Of a DNA stretch of 64,000 nucleotides, positions 52,110 to 64,000 are shown in pieces. Below the pieces are notes generated by a model. That model was not told the DNA's origin, searched no databases, and saw nothing but the letters and a program-made list of their open reading frames with translations. Position 1 is the first letter of the stretch; the number at the start of each line of letters is the position of its first letter. The position numbers were made by a program, and so were the translations under genes. The DNA lies in assembly GCF_018977255.1 (NCBI RefSeq), contig NW_024704743.1, positions 43,526,001 through 43,590,000 of the forward strand, given 5' to 3'. This DNA is from Callorhinchus milii (lineage: Eukaryota).

Positions 52110-52790
52110 ATGAACAACAATAACTTGCATTTATATAGCACCCCTCACGCAGGGTAGCAGCCCAAAGTGCTTGACAGTTGCGGACCTTGACGCTGAGCCG
52201 GGGGAGGTGACCGTAGGCACGGTCGAAGAGGAATTTCTTCAGGCGTGACCTGAAGATGGGGAAGTAAGGAGCAAGGCGGCGGGATAGAGGAAGAGTGTTC
52301 CAAAGGTTTGGGGTGAAGTGGCTGAAAGTTTGGCCACTGATGGTGGAATGGAGAGCATGAGGGATCTACAGAAGGCCGGAGCTAATCGAGCGAAGGAAGT
52401 GAGTTTGGGGGGTAAGCAGGTGGGAGAGGTAGGGGGGTGCCAGGGCATGAAGGTATCTGAAAATGAGTGTGAGGTACACCACAGGTGACTGGGTGGGAGG
52501 AGAAACCATTTGAATAGATAAAGCGAAGGTGATTTGTTAGGTAGGGCTTGAACCAAGCTAGTGCAGGCCCACTAAGTTGGATGAGGGAGGAGAGGCGGTG
52601 GACGAAGGTGACGTGGTCAACTGTATTGAATGCGGCGGAGAGGTCCAGAAGGACAAGGAGGCAGAGGGAGCCCTAGGTCATCATTTGTGACCTTGACAAG
52701 CGGTGTCTCTGTGCTGTGGGTAGGGTGGAAACCAGACTGGAAGGGCTCGAGGAAGGAGTGGAGGGAGAGATGTGAGCAAAGCTAGCAGGT
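52110..52790 (-). mobile_element. Fragmented L2 (3' tail joined to RT pieces)
   Basis: Tail at 52110-52470; reverse complement of QSGF..HSTET and [12 protein letters not shown] coding at 52600-52790. Confidence 0.75.
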
Positions 52791-53399
52791 GCGATATATC
52801 TAATGTAAGGATTATTTATTGCTATTATTATCTCTATTTAGGTGGTTCGTAACTACTGATAGTCAGTACAGGCTGTTAAAACATAGACAGTGAAATCCCA
52901 GCAAAACTATAGTCAGTTAATTGGATTTAATCTTCAGAAAAGGGTTAGGTCCAAGAGGTAGATTCAAGGGACCTATATATCTCCTTGAGTGGAACATTTG
53001 ATAAAAATGCTTTCAGCTCACATAGCGACATTGAACAAACATGCATATTACAATAATAAAACATGTTAAATATCCAGAAACATCTAACCCAATTATATAA
53101 AACATTTTAAAAATTCACAAACAATTTAAATAACTTTATTCTGTTTACTTGCCCTTTTCTCCCTATTCTCTCTTCTTTGATAATCTTTGTCTAATGTTTA
53201 AAATTTATTTTTGTTCCTGTCTGCCAGGATTAATTTGGAGATGGAATCAACTTGACCTAAAACTGGCTTTAAGGATATTTTTCAGCTAATCAAAAGCCAG
53301 AACATTCTAATTATTATTTTCCTCCCCTGGCAAGACTGATGTCTCTGCTTTGGTTTGTGGAGCATTCTTGCCTTTTGTTTGGATAACTGTGGCTCCAAA

Positions 53400-53750
53400 A
53401 AACCCATGTCACAATTTGAGCTCCAGGCTGACACTCCAGTTGCACTGCATTGTCAGAGTTGCCATGTTTCAGATAAGACATTAAACCAAGGCCCCATTTG
53501 CCTGTTCTTCAACTTGAATGGTAAAGATCCCAAGGCACTATTTGAAAGGGAAGAGAGTTTCCCCTGTTGTCCTGGCCAACATTCCTTCAGATAAATTGAT
53601 CATTCCACTCAGGGCAGTTTGTGCAACTTTGCTGTGAGCAAAACGACTGCTGTGTTTGCCAAAATACAAAGTCAACACACCTCAGAGTAATTACTATGAC
53701 ACATTCTGAGGCATTTTGGCATTATAGATGCTATAAAATGCAAGTTCTTC
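53400..53750 (+). mobile_element. Older DeuSINE-like element
   Basis: aggctgacactccagt...gacattaaaccaaggcccc...ggcactatttgaaa. Confidence 0.65.
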
Positions 53751-54974
53751 TCTGCTGAAGATGTTGACCCCCTCCTGCAGTACAATTCCAAAGACACTGA
53801 ATATTCTTTAATATCTTTGTAAGCTTTCTTGGTCATTGCTCAAACTAGTAGACTTTCTGTGCAATGTTTGAGATCAATGACGGGTATAGTAATCTGTCCA
53901 TCTATGTTATTCATTGCTTGATTAAATTCCAGTCATTCCACAGTGTGACCTTGAGGTTCCCTCATGCCTTGGTTTCTTCAGTCACAGACAAACAGAACAG
54001 AATCGGATACCAGAAATAGCAAACAGAACTCTATTTCTGTGGGTTTCTTAGCACCTGGAACTGTAGACTGTGGGCATGGCAATGGGTTTCCACAGGCCCA
54101 TCCACATAACTGCCCCAAAATAATGGAGGCTCATTGAAAATGTTAAAATAAGCCTTTCTTATTCAACTACAAGTCATTCCCCCCTTCCTTATACAGCTCC
54201 AAAATGGTTAGCAGTGGGGAGGAAAGGTTTACTCCTACACTTCTTGTCAATTTATTTTCTTTAGAGCTGGAAATCATTTATTGCATGTGACAGAATCGCT
54301 TTATCGGGGTCCCTGATATACTACAATGATAATAATTGTTATTAAACATATGGGAATTATTTTCCGGTATAACTTATGAAATGCTTTGAGACAAAGTCTC
54401 TACGTGGAAGGTGCCATATCAAATATAAGTATTATTGTTATTTTCAACCTAATAATTTTCAGCCAGGTAACTGGACTTTGCATGGAATAGCACCAGTTCA
54501 TTATCCAATGTTACAACAACAACTTACCTTTATATAGTGTCCTTCACATGACTAGTTTCTTAGAACACTTAACAGGGATTAAGACCCCTTAACAGGGGTT
54601 TGACGCCAAGCTGGAAAGGGAAGGGAAGTGACCGGAGGCACAGTTGAAGAATAAATTCTTCAAATGTGATTTGAAGGTGTTCAAAGAAGGAGCAAGATAG
54701 AGGGATTGAGGCATGGAGTTCCAGGCATTTGAGGAATAGTAGCTGAAAGCATGGCCATCAATAGTGGTACAGAGGGGATGAGGGACATGAGGAAGACCAA
54801 AATCAGCTGAGTGAAAGCGTCGAGTAGAGGAGTCATTTCCAGCTCTCTAAAGTTTTTACTCTTTGTTTGAGTAGTAAATGTTTTCTGGATTTAATTTGCT
54901 AAACTGTTCTTAGCAGATTATTGGGATGGAGTATTCCAATCAATTTAAAATTAAAACTATGCACAAAATCACAA

Positions 54975-55340
54975 AATTGGTTTGGATGAAGAAGGCCCTT
55001 CAGTCCATCCAATCTCATCCTTCAAAAACATCCATTCTACCATCCTCCCATCACAGCTCAAGCTGCTTTTTAAATGAATCCAGGGTCCTAGCCTCAACAA
55101 TCTTTCCTGACAACCTGTTCCAGTCATTAGTCATACTGTGAGTAAAGAGAAATGTTATGGTATCTGTCCTGAAATTGTTCTTTACAACTCTTGTTCTACT
55201 GTCTTGGTGCATCCTATTGATCTGGGTTTACTTTTTCAATCCCATTTAAATTTTGTACATCTCTATGAGGTCCTCTCTGAGTCGTCTTCTCTTGAAACTG
55301 AAGAGTCCCAGTTTGTCTAACTGTTGCTCATATCCTATTC
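54975..55340 (-). mobile_element. CR1 3' fragment
   Basis: Reverse complement encodes DKLGLFSFKRRRLREDLIEMYK-like sequence. Confidence 0.7.
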
Positions 55341-57861
55341 CTCTAATTCTTCAACTAGGAGTGGAATTCAGGCTCACTGAAAGGCATTCCACAAAGGTGT
55401 CAGGAGTAAAGGTAGAAAAGACAGAAATTCAATACTAAAATAAAGAGCCTTGTAATGAAGATTGAGGCATAGCTGAATCCATTTTTCCTTTTCTGAACCT
55501 TTCCTTCCCTTTTGAAATGTAATTTTAAATTCAATGTGTTTTCATATACAATTTCACAGGAGACAATTCCAGAAAAACACTAAACACTTTCACACATTGC
55601 TGAGTGGTATCATTTCAAAATACAAATATTTTTTATGTTCTTATCACCTCATAACTGGGAATAAGAGTAAATACAGATATGTACACAAAAACCTCAGGCA
55701 TAAAATAAAAATTTCTTTATATATTCGTGAATAATGGTACAATCCTAACCAACATAATACCAAATTAAGGTAATAGCCAGGACTTGCAGTTCTGTATGAA
55801 AGAGAGACATGTGAGTCATACAATTCCAGAAAGAGTTTATTTGGCACATATCAAACTACACAGCCAATCTGGGACTGATCTGTTACTTCATATGAAATGT
55901 GAAGCTGCCTTGGTGAACATAAAAAGGCACAGGACCAAAAGAAGGGTTGATTCGAGCCTTTTATTCCAAAGAGCACAGAAATTCTTCATGATTTTTAATT
56001 TTTTTAAAACTCATTCATTGTTATAGTTGTATTACTGCATATCCTTCAACCATCAATACACATACACAAACTAATAATAAATCTTAGACGGAGTTATAGT
56101 TTTGAACAGTTTTTAAAGTGCTAAAGTATGACATTCGTGGTCCAACTTCAAAATCTGGAAGTGTACTTTTATTAAAGTTTAAACCATGAAGGTTTTGTGG
56201 TATTTAACTGATAACAGCTTCTTCAGACATAGCATCTCTTTGGTACAAAGCTGACACCTCTTCCTCCAAGATCGCTATTGCTTCTCTAGTCCAGTGCCTT
56301 GGGATGTCCTCCCGACGTGAAAGGCACTATACAAATGTAATCTTGTTGTCGTTGTAGTGTGTCAATATGGATATGCTGGAATTATCTGTGGAAAGATGAG
56401 AAAAGATTTTGTTTAATTTATGCTGGATTATCCATAAATTGAGGATGATGCCTCAAGATATTGGAAGAAATAGGGCTGCACTGAACTTAATGAGAAAGCA
56501 AATGTTTATTGATCAAGACATTCATGTACGTTCTAATGGACCTGCATATAAATTATTGCAATGCATGTTATACAACATGTAGTAATAATATCTCAGACTG
56601 TTCCATATGAAATAAACAAAACTCACCAGAATCAGTGGAGTCAGAAGAAACGCTGGGGTCCCTGTGGGGGGGCCACCCTTTCTTCAGCCCATGTTAAAGT
56701 CTTCTCCCGGTGAAAACTGATGCTTGGGAAATTGATGCTCTTGTTTTATTTTAAGTAATTTGTTTTGCCCTGCTATATACTGCTGATCATGTATGCAGTT
56801 CTGATAGTCCCCAGAAGCATGTATAACTCTTAAAACCTTGATCACTATTTTTGCAACTGCTTGCATTAGCCTACACCCTAGCGTGGCAGACATTTCAAAT
56901 TTTTGGTGCCGGTAAATATATCTTGGAACTTGTTAAAATGTTTGATGCCAGCTCTATCCGTTCCATTCTGTAAACTAAAAGGTGTTTGATGAAGTCAAAC
57001 ATAGCAACCTATGTCAAAGTAAAGCTCCCATTTTAACCCATTTATATCAAGTGCATTGTATCCTAGAATCAAAAATTGATGTTGAAAGATAACCTGTTCC
57101 TTAAAGATTATCAAACATGGCAGATAGTTCAAAAGAATAATTTATAATGGAATTGAACATAGCAGATTCATAGTCAGAAAAAATATTGTGAGGAATCTGT
57201 GAATAAGATAGGACAATACGTTGTATGAAGCCCAACTTTTACAAAATAATAATAATAATCCTTACATTTGATATAGCACTTTTCACAATGGAAGCACATC
57301 TCACAGTGCACGTCTCATAGTAAAATGTCCCACAAACAGCCATGAAGTGAATGACCATTCTTTTTATTCAGAGGATTGTTGGCCAAGACACCTGGAGAAA
57401 CTCACATCTCTTTTTGAATAGTGCCACAGAATCTTTAACGTTCACCTGACAGACAATAGGACCTCAGCTTTACATCTCTTCCAAAAGACTGCACCTCCAG
57501 CACCACCCCTGGCACTGCATTTTGGCACCTTCCCCAATTTCAAAATAAAAGCATGACTTTACTAGTCCAATACCAAATACAAAGCACTCATATTATTTGT
57601 CTAATTTATATTTTAGTCCAGTTACAGCCTTCCATGAAAGTTGTGTTGAATAATCTACAGAGAATGTGAAATAACAATGATCCTTGCGATTGATATAATG
57701 CCTTATGATATTGTCAAAAACTTAAATGTCCTTCATGGGAATTACTGTAAAGTGTAGTGACTGTGTTGTTTTTGGTGAGCTGGAGTGAGTAAACAGCACA
57801 GAACGTGTTAAAGCTTAGACTTCCTCTTCATGGATTAGATAATCAGTGGCAAATGTGCAAT

Positions 57862-58262
57862 TAACAACAACAACTTGCACATACATAGCGCCCTCCACAC
57901 AGGGCAGCGTCTCAGAGCGCTTAGCAGTGGTGGAGCCTGACTCTGAGCCAGGGGGAGGAAGGAGGTGGCCGTAAGCACGGTCGAACAAGAAAGTCTTCAG
58001 TTGGGACTTGAAAACGGGGAGAGAGGGGGCAAGGCGGAGGGATTGAGGGTGTTCCAGAGTTTTGTGGCGTAGTGGCTGAAAGCGTGACCTCCGATGGTGT
58101 GGTGGAGGGTGTGAGGGACGAGCAGGAGGCCGGGGCCAGTTGAGCAGAGGTGCCAGGTGGTGTATTCGGGAATGAGGAGGTCATAGAGGTAGGGAGGTAC
58201 CAGGGAATGAATGGATTTGAACACGAGAGTGAGTATTTTGAAGTCGATCCGTTCAGTGATGT
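57862..58262 (-). mobile_element. L2 3' fragment (second tail type)
   Basis: FKSIHSLVPPYLYDLL...IGGHAFSHYATKLWN. Confidence 0.85.
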
Positions 58263-58369
58263 TTATTCATCTTACTTGCATTGTCGTTTTATTTTGTTTG
58301 TTTAACTTACATGCAAGCAAGATAAATAAACAAACAAAAAACACAGGTAAATATTAATTGTATTTGAAA

Positions 58370-58820
58370 TAACAACAACGCCTCATACAGAGCAGCGTCC
58401 CAGAACACTTGAAATAGCTCCTTGCTGCATTGTCACAGCATCTCAAAATACACAGGATACACGATAAAAATATTGTGACTGTATTTTGTAGGCAAATGTA
58501 ACAGCCAATTTTGAGGACAACAATGTCCCACAAACAGTCATGAAGTGAATAATTCATTTTATTTGGGGGATTATTGTCCAAGATACCAGGAGAAATTCCC
58601 TTATCTTATCGAATAGTGCCATGGGATCTTTGACATCCCCCTGAACAGGCAGTTGGGATCTCATTGTAACGTCTGATCCAAAGGACGTCACTTCTGACAT
58701 TGCAGTGCTCCCCTTGCATTGCACTGGTTTATGAGGCAAGATTATGAATTCAAAGTCCTGATGTGGAATGATGCACTTTTGGGTTGAAAGCAAGACACCA
58801 ACTAAAGCAACACTGACTGA
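58370..58820 (-). mobile_element. Older DeuSINE-like element
   Basis: aatagtgccatgggatcttt...gacattgcagtgctccc; collinear with 44325-44780. Confidence 0.65.
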
Positions 58821-60009
58821 TCAATATAGGGTTTCATTATCCCATAAACAAGGTTGCTTATTTCATAGAATGCAAAAGAACTTTTGCTTTGATTGATGAC
58901 TGTGAGAGATTTCTGGCGGTCACACTTGGTGCAGATGTTAATTACCTTCAAGCTTGGGTAGCTTCTGCCTGGGTGCAATTTGACACAAAGAATAAGACAA
59001 ATTGCAATGTTTAGTAATTCTTCATTGGTGGCTGAGAACGCTAATAGGAAAATCGTAGGTTATGAGGGAACCACTTAACCCTTCCGATACTTCATTCCCA
59101 AATTACTGGAGCAAACTTCCTGCTCATCTGTTTGTGACAATTTCATCATTAAGTTGCAGATTTGTAACGTACACCTGAGCAGGTAGCTGGGACCTCGGTA
59201 TAGTATCTATTGCAAAGAACAGGAACATGGAACAACAACATCAACGACTTACACTAATAAAATGGTAGAGCAGGCTCAATGGGGTAAAATTGGAGAAATA
59301 AAAGGATAGAATATGTAGCAATAAAACAAAATATAGGAAAAGCAATGTTACGTTTGCCTTCATATTACACGCTCCACTTTATGCTAAATCCTATGAAGAG
59401 CTTTGACAAGTCTGACATAAAAAGTATTATATCAAATTCAAGGATTATTTAATAAAATAAATAAAAAATAATTTATTTAGATTATTTAAAATAAGGACGA
59501 AGGGAGAATAGAGAATTACAGAAAATAGAAGATAAAACGTCATGACAGGACAAGCAAGGACTTTGAAATATTTTATTCTTATTTAAAATTATATTTTAAT
59601 ATAGCTAGGTTCAATATTTACAGCTATAAAGATATTCTAATGTTTGAGAAGCTTTATTACTGTAATGTTAATATTTGTATCATCATAACAGTGTGTGAGC
59701 TGAAATGTACGAAAACAATCAATCCACAGACAGAGATAGAAGTCCCTGTAGAGCTCCTGCCAGTTTTCGGGTTGAACATTGCAGTATACGTATATGCTGC
59801 AGTCAAACTGAACTTTGTAATTGATACTGTGCAACCTTGTACAACTTATTCAAACCAAACATGCAATGCGGTCAATTTCTCTGAATCTTAGAATGTGGTT
59901 GCTGGTTAGACCCCAGAGAAATAGGTTTTGCATCAGCAGAAGTGGAATTGGATTGTTGCAAGATTAGGAAACATTAGCCGCAGTGCACCACACAGGACAT
60001 GCTGACATC

Positions 60010-60510
60010 CAGCACTCTGCAGCCTGTTTCCTCTCCCACACCAGGTGTCGCAAGCCTCCCACTCCCGTCCTTGCTCAGCTCCACTCAGCATCATTGACTC
60101 TCCATTCCTCAGCCGGTCGAGTTCAAGATCCTTGTTCTCACATTTAAATCCCTCCATAGTCTTGCCCACCCTACCTCCTTCATCTTTACCATCCCAGCCA
60201 TCCCCTTCGCTTAGCTAACACTGGTCTACTCCGCATACCCTGCTCTAACCATTCCACCATCGGAAGGCAGGCTTTCAGTCACTTGGTACCTGTTCTCTGG
60301 AACCTTAATTCTGGATCCCTCCAACTTGCTCTCTCCCTCCTCTCTTTCAAGATACATACCTCAAAGCATACCTCTTTGACTGTGCTTATGGTCATCTTTG
60401 CCCTCCTCATCTCCCTCAGCTCCTATTCTCAGCTTTAGTGCCCAGCTAGAATTGTCAAGCAATTTGCGGCATCCTCCCAACATGAAAGGTTCTATACAGA
60501 TGTATATTAT
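60010..60510 (+). mobile_element. Decayed L2 3' fragment
   Basis: gagttcaagatcctt...ccaccatcggaaggcaggctttcag...catcctcccaacatgaaagg. Confidence 0.7.
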
Positions 60511-62862
60511 ATTGTACAAATTAACAGTGATGATTTTTATACAATGTTACAAACTTTAACTGATGTTTGCAGTGCCTTGCGATATCCTCCCAACATGAAA
60601 GGCACTATATAAACTGTTTGTGTGGCACTGCTGTGCACAATTGGTCTTACAACTGGGCTGCCATGTATAGAGTCAATTCACTTTACAGTATATTCTGTGA
60701 ATCACTTTGAGACGTCTTGAAGACGTCATAAGGAGCTATATCAAATGCAAGGATTATTATTATTATAAATTTGTTGCTATTGTTGCAGCATGTGAAGACT
60801 CGTCAGTTTCATTGAACTATTTGACTACAACTGTTTTGAAATTACTACATTGCCAAACTTCTGGGAAAAAAACAGGTCAAAAAGTTATTTGTGATAATGC
60901 CAATTATCTGACAGGGGAACACATGATTGAACTAAATCACACCCCATTAGTTTCCTCCTGTAAAGATTGAAAAATATCACATGATACTGCCTCTTCTGAT
61001 AGCTATTCCTTCCGCCTGTTAACTCTGAATCCATCTCCACTGTCTCACTGAACAGTGCTACATACGTTTTCTGCGTTCTGTGCAAATAAATTAAATTGAA
61101 ACTACGTGCTTAAACTTTCACTCTTCTGAGCTTGAGGCTGTGCTCCCTTATTGAAAACAACATGCCTGTGTTGTCCCAGTTTAGTTTTATTATCTATACA
61201 GAACTCATTATTCAGGCAATTTAAATTTCAGTTCTACATAAACCAATACCGGTAAACTGAATATTTTTATGGTAATCTGCTGTCACAGAAAGATCCTAAG
61301 GCTCACAACCCATCTGTTACAGGAAAAATGGACGTAACCAAAGTGCATTAGCATTTATATCCCTCAGTGCTACGTTTACCAATACACTGAGTAAAGTCAG
61401 CAAATGAATTTTGAAGTTAAATAACACAAATGTTCTAAAGAGAATAATAATAATCCTTACATCTGATATAGCATCCTTCACGTCAGGAGGACGTCTCAAA
61501 GCGACTCACAGGATACAATGTAAAGTTGAGTGACTGTCTTGTGGGTCAACATGACAGCTAATTTGTGCACAGCAATGTTCCACAATAGTCATGAAGTCAG
61601 AATAAGTCATGGTCAACAGAAATATATGATATCTGCACCTAAGAGGCTGACTATAAATCTGTTTATATTCTTGGAACTAATTTTACCAATGAGTATGCAG
61701 TTTGTTTCAGAAATACATTGAATCCAATCCAATCTATACTAATAAATGTCTGTGTATCTGTGTATCTGCTAAGAACTCAATAACCGATTAATTTAGAAAC
61801 ATGATTTATATCTCATTGGAAAGGTCTTGCAACTGGGAGTGTCATGGGTATATTTTTATCGGGGATCTCCTATCGTTGATGAGCTATGACCTAAACAAGC
61901 TCATCATACTTGTAAGGCAGTTTTGCTTAACGTGCAACATAGTGCTGCAGTTACACCTCGTGGCCAGGTCGACTCCCAATGGTGCTGTGGCATCGTGAGT
62001 CATAGAACACTCAGCCGAAGCCAGGTGGCGTGAACAAGATGGCAGTGGTAAGGTGGAAGTTGCCCGGAGCGGCGTTGCCGTTTGGCTGCTTTTCCTGCTG
62101 CTCATGGATGGCCCTGGGCTGGGTGGCGCCATGTCGGAGATGGGCTGGTGGTGGGTGACGATTGGCTCAATGAGGCCGTGGGGTTTCCAGCTTCCTCCGT
62201 GCCATGGCCTGGCAGCGACTAGCCAGGGAGGGTGAAGCCTGGGGCTCAAGTTGGGGCCTCAGCGGGGGCTGGGGTTTAGCCCCTCCTCCTTTCCCTCTCC
62301 TTATGTATATAATTCCAGTGATCCACCAGATGCCAAATTCAGGTCCCCGAAAGTTGTGGGACCATTGTGCACGATATAGCAGAGCTCAAAACCAAAGCTT
62401 TCCCGAACAGCTACACAAATCTACATTTCATATTGGATCCTTTGGTTGCAAGCGTAGCTGCAACGGGTGGGTACAGCTAGTCTCCTATAAGCTGAAAACA
62501 GTAGGCTCAGGTTTCCTTTTGGCACATCACTGCAAACTGATTAAAGTTTGCTTAAAGCTTGATTTACTTTGAGACATTCTCGCCTGATACACTGTGCTAG
62601 CCTATCACCGCCATGCCCGTTGGGCTCAATTGGCTCCCCAACTTTTGATGGGATCAAATTCAAGATCCTTCCTTCCACAGTCACACTCCACCCTACCTCT
62701 GTGACCTCCTTCAATCCCCAGCTACTCTCTTCGCTCAGTGAACACCAGCATGCTTCATGTCGCCAGGCTTATTTGCCCCACCATTGACTGGCATTATTCT
62801 GCCCTCTCTCTGCAACTCCATCCTCTGACTCGGTGTCTTTCTCCTCTCATTCAAGGCCATCT

Positions 62863-63007
62863 CGTCAGGAGGACGTCCCAAAGCGCTTCACAGAACATAC
62901 TGTAAAGTGAATTGACTGTATATTTGTGGGCGAACGCGGCAGCCAATTGCGCACAGCAATGTCCCACAAACAGTCGTAGATTGAAAATGATTCATTTATT
63001 ATTGTTT
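62863..63007 (-). repeat. Perfect 145-bp inverted copy of SINE segment 63189-63333
   Basis: Base-by-base reverse-complement match by eye; the ORF track also shows an identical peptide on opposite strands (62912+ and 63042-). Confidence 0.93.
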
Positions 63008-63055
63008 GCCCGTTGGGCTCATTATTATTTATTATTATTTATTATTGACTCCATG

Positions 63056-63373
63056 TGGAGTCCTGTAGCTCAGTGGTTAGAGCACTCGCTTTGCAAGTGA
63101 GAGACCTGAGTTCAATTCCAGGCAGAGGGCGAAACCTTGGGCAAGTTTCCTTACTCCACACAGAGCCTAATAATCCCTCCAAAACCAAAAACAATAATAA
63201 ATGAATCATTTTCAATCTACGACTGTTTGTGGGACATTGCTGTGCGCAATTGGCTGCCGCGTTCGCCCACAAATATACAGTCAATTCACTTTACAGTATG
63301 TTCTGTGAAGCGCTTTGGGACGTCCTCCTGACGTGAAAAGCGCTATATCAAATGCAAGGATTATTATTATTAT
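63056..63373 (+). mobile_element. tRNA-derived SINE, short form, young full-length copy
   Basis: GGAGTCCTGTAGCTCAGTGGTTAGAGC...GAGTTCAATTCC...GACGTGAAAAGCGCTATATCAAATGCAAGG(ATT)n. Confidence 0.93.
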
Positions 63374-64000
63374 CTCAACAAACCTCGTTGACTGCACTTT
63401 CAGTCACCTTTCCCATCCCCAGACCCTTCAGCTGCCATCCCAGCATGGGTGCCCAGCCAACGGTATTAGGTGCTTTCATACTTCCTCCCAATGTGAAAAG
63501 TGCTATATAAATGTAAACTATTATATTATAATTGGGGTTGTCAAACAAAGTGTTTATTAATGAACTTCTTTATAATATCTGAACTTTACAGCTCTGGGAA
63601 TGAGAAATTGCATCACTTCTGTTATGCTTTGAAACCATTGGTTACGGGTGTCCTGGGAAGTCCTGAACAGTCTTTTTCAGGGTTATTTTCCACTAGTCAT
63701 TTAATTTACTGATGAGTCGTTCGTGCAGATTTCTCTCTGTGGCATCATAAGTGTAGTGGATGGGGTACAACCCATTGTCCTAATTCATTGTAATGTCCTG
63801 GTGAGATCAATACCCAATCAGACCAATACTAAATCATAATATTCTTATCTTTGATATAGTGCCTATCATGTCAGGACGTCTTAAAACGCATTACAGGATA
63901 TACTGTAAAATGTAATGATGGTGTGTTTTGTAGGTGAATGCACAACAATAAAGTGAATGGGGTGTTTTATTTGCCACGACACTGAGACAAACTCTTACAC

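Noticed and set aside
56620..56900. Strong minus-strand donor (CTG|GTGAGT at ~56627) as a missing upstream exon
   Set aside because: The frame compatible with the next exon has a stop (ATG GGC TGA), there is no ZNF385 similarity and no clear acceptor. A non-coding alternative exon cannot be excluded.
63709..63745. Other CTGATGA occurrences as hammerheads (also ~1628, 19559, 30701, 40235)
   Set aside because: No stem II plus GAAA arrangement follows them.

Overview
Vertebrate genomic DNA, most likely a cartilaginous fish (chimaera/elephant-shark-like repeat complement; the taxon is inferred). The window holds the 3' part of a minus-strand ZNF385D-like matrin-type zinc-finger gene: five coding exons at 43105-43267, 17074-17307, 9633-9814, 9404-9505 and 5018-5254, all GT-AG and frame-consistent. 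The 5' exons were not found and probably lie beyond 64000. The introns are dense with L2 and CR1 LINE fragments, tRNA-derived SINEs sharing the L2 3' tail, older DeuSINE-like copies and MITE-like elements. I see no clearly new multi-gene system. The most interesting items are: (1) a composite SINE insertion with a perfect 145-bp inverted self-copy, a locally templated 15-mer, a snap-back hairpin and a 5-bp TSD (62859-63376); (2) a very decayed Gypsy-like pol fossil invisible in the ORF track (~35100-37200); (3) a candidate 6-nt in-frame microexon or recursive splice site (42648-42653); (4) a degenerate Penelope-type hammerhead motif (34562); (5) two old long inverted repeats (21663-22498 and 39432-40385). 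Repeat boundaries are approximate and family names come from recall, not database searches.
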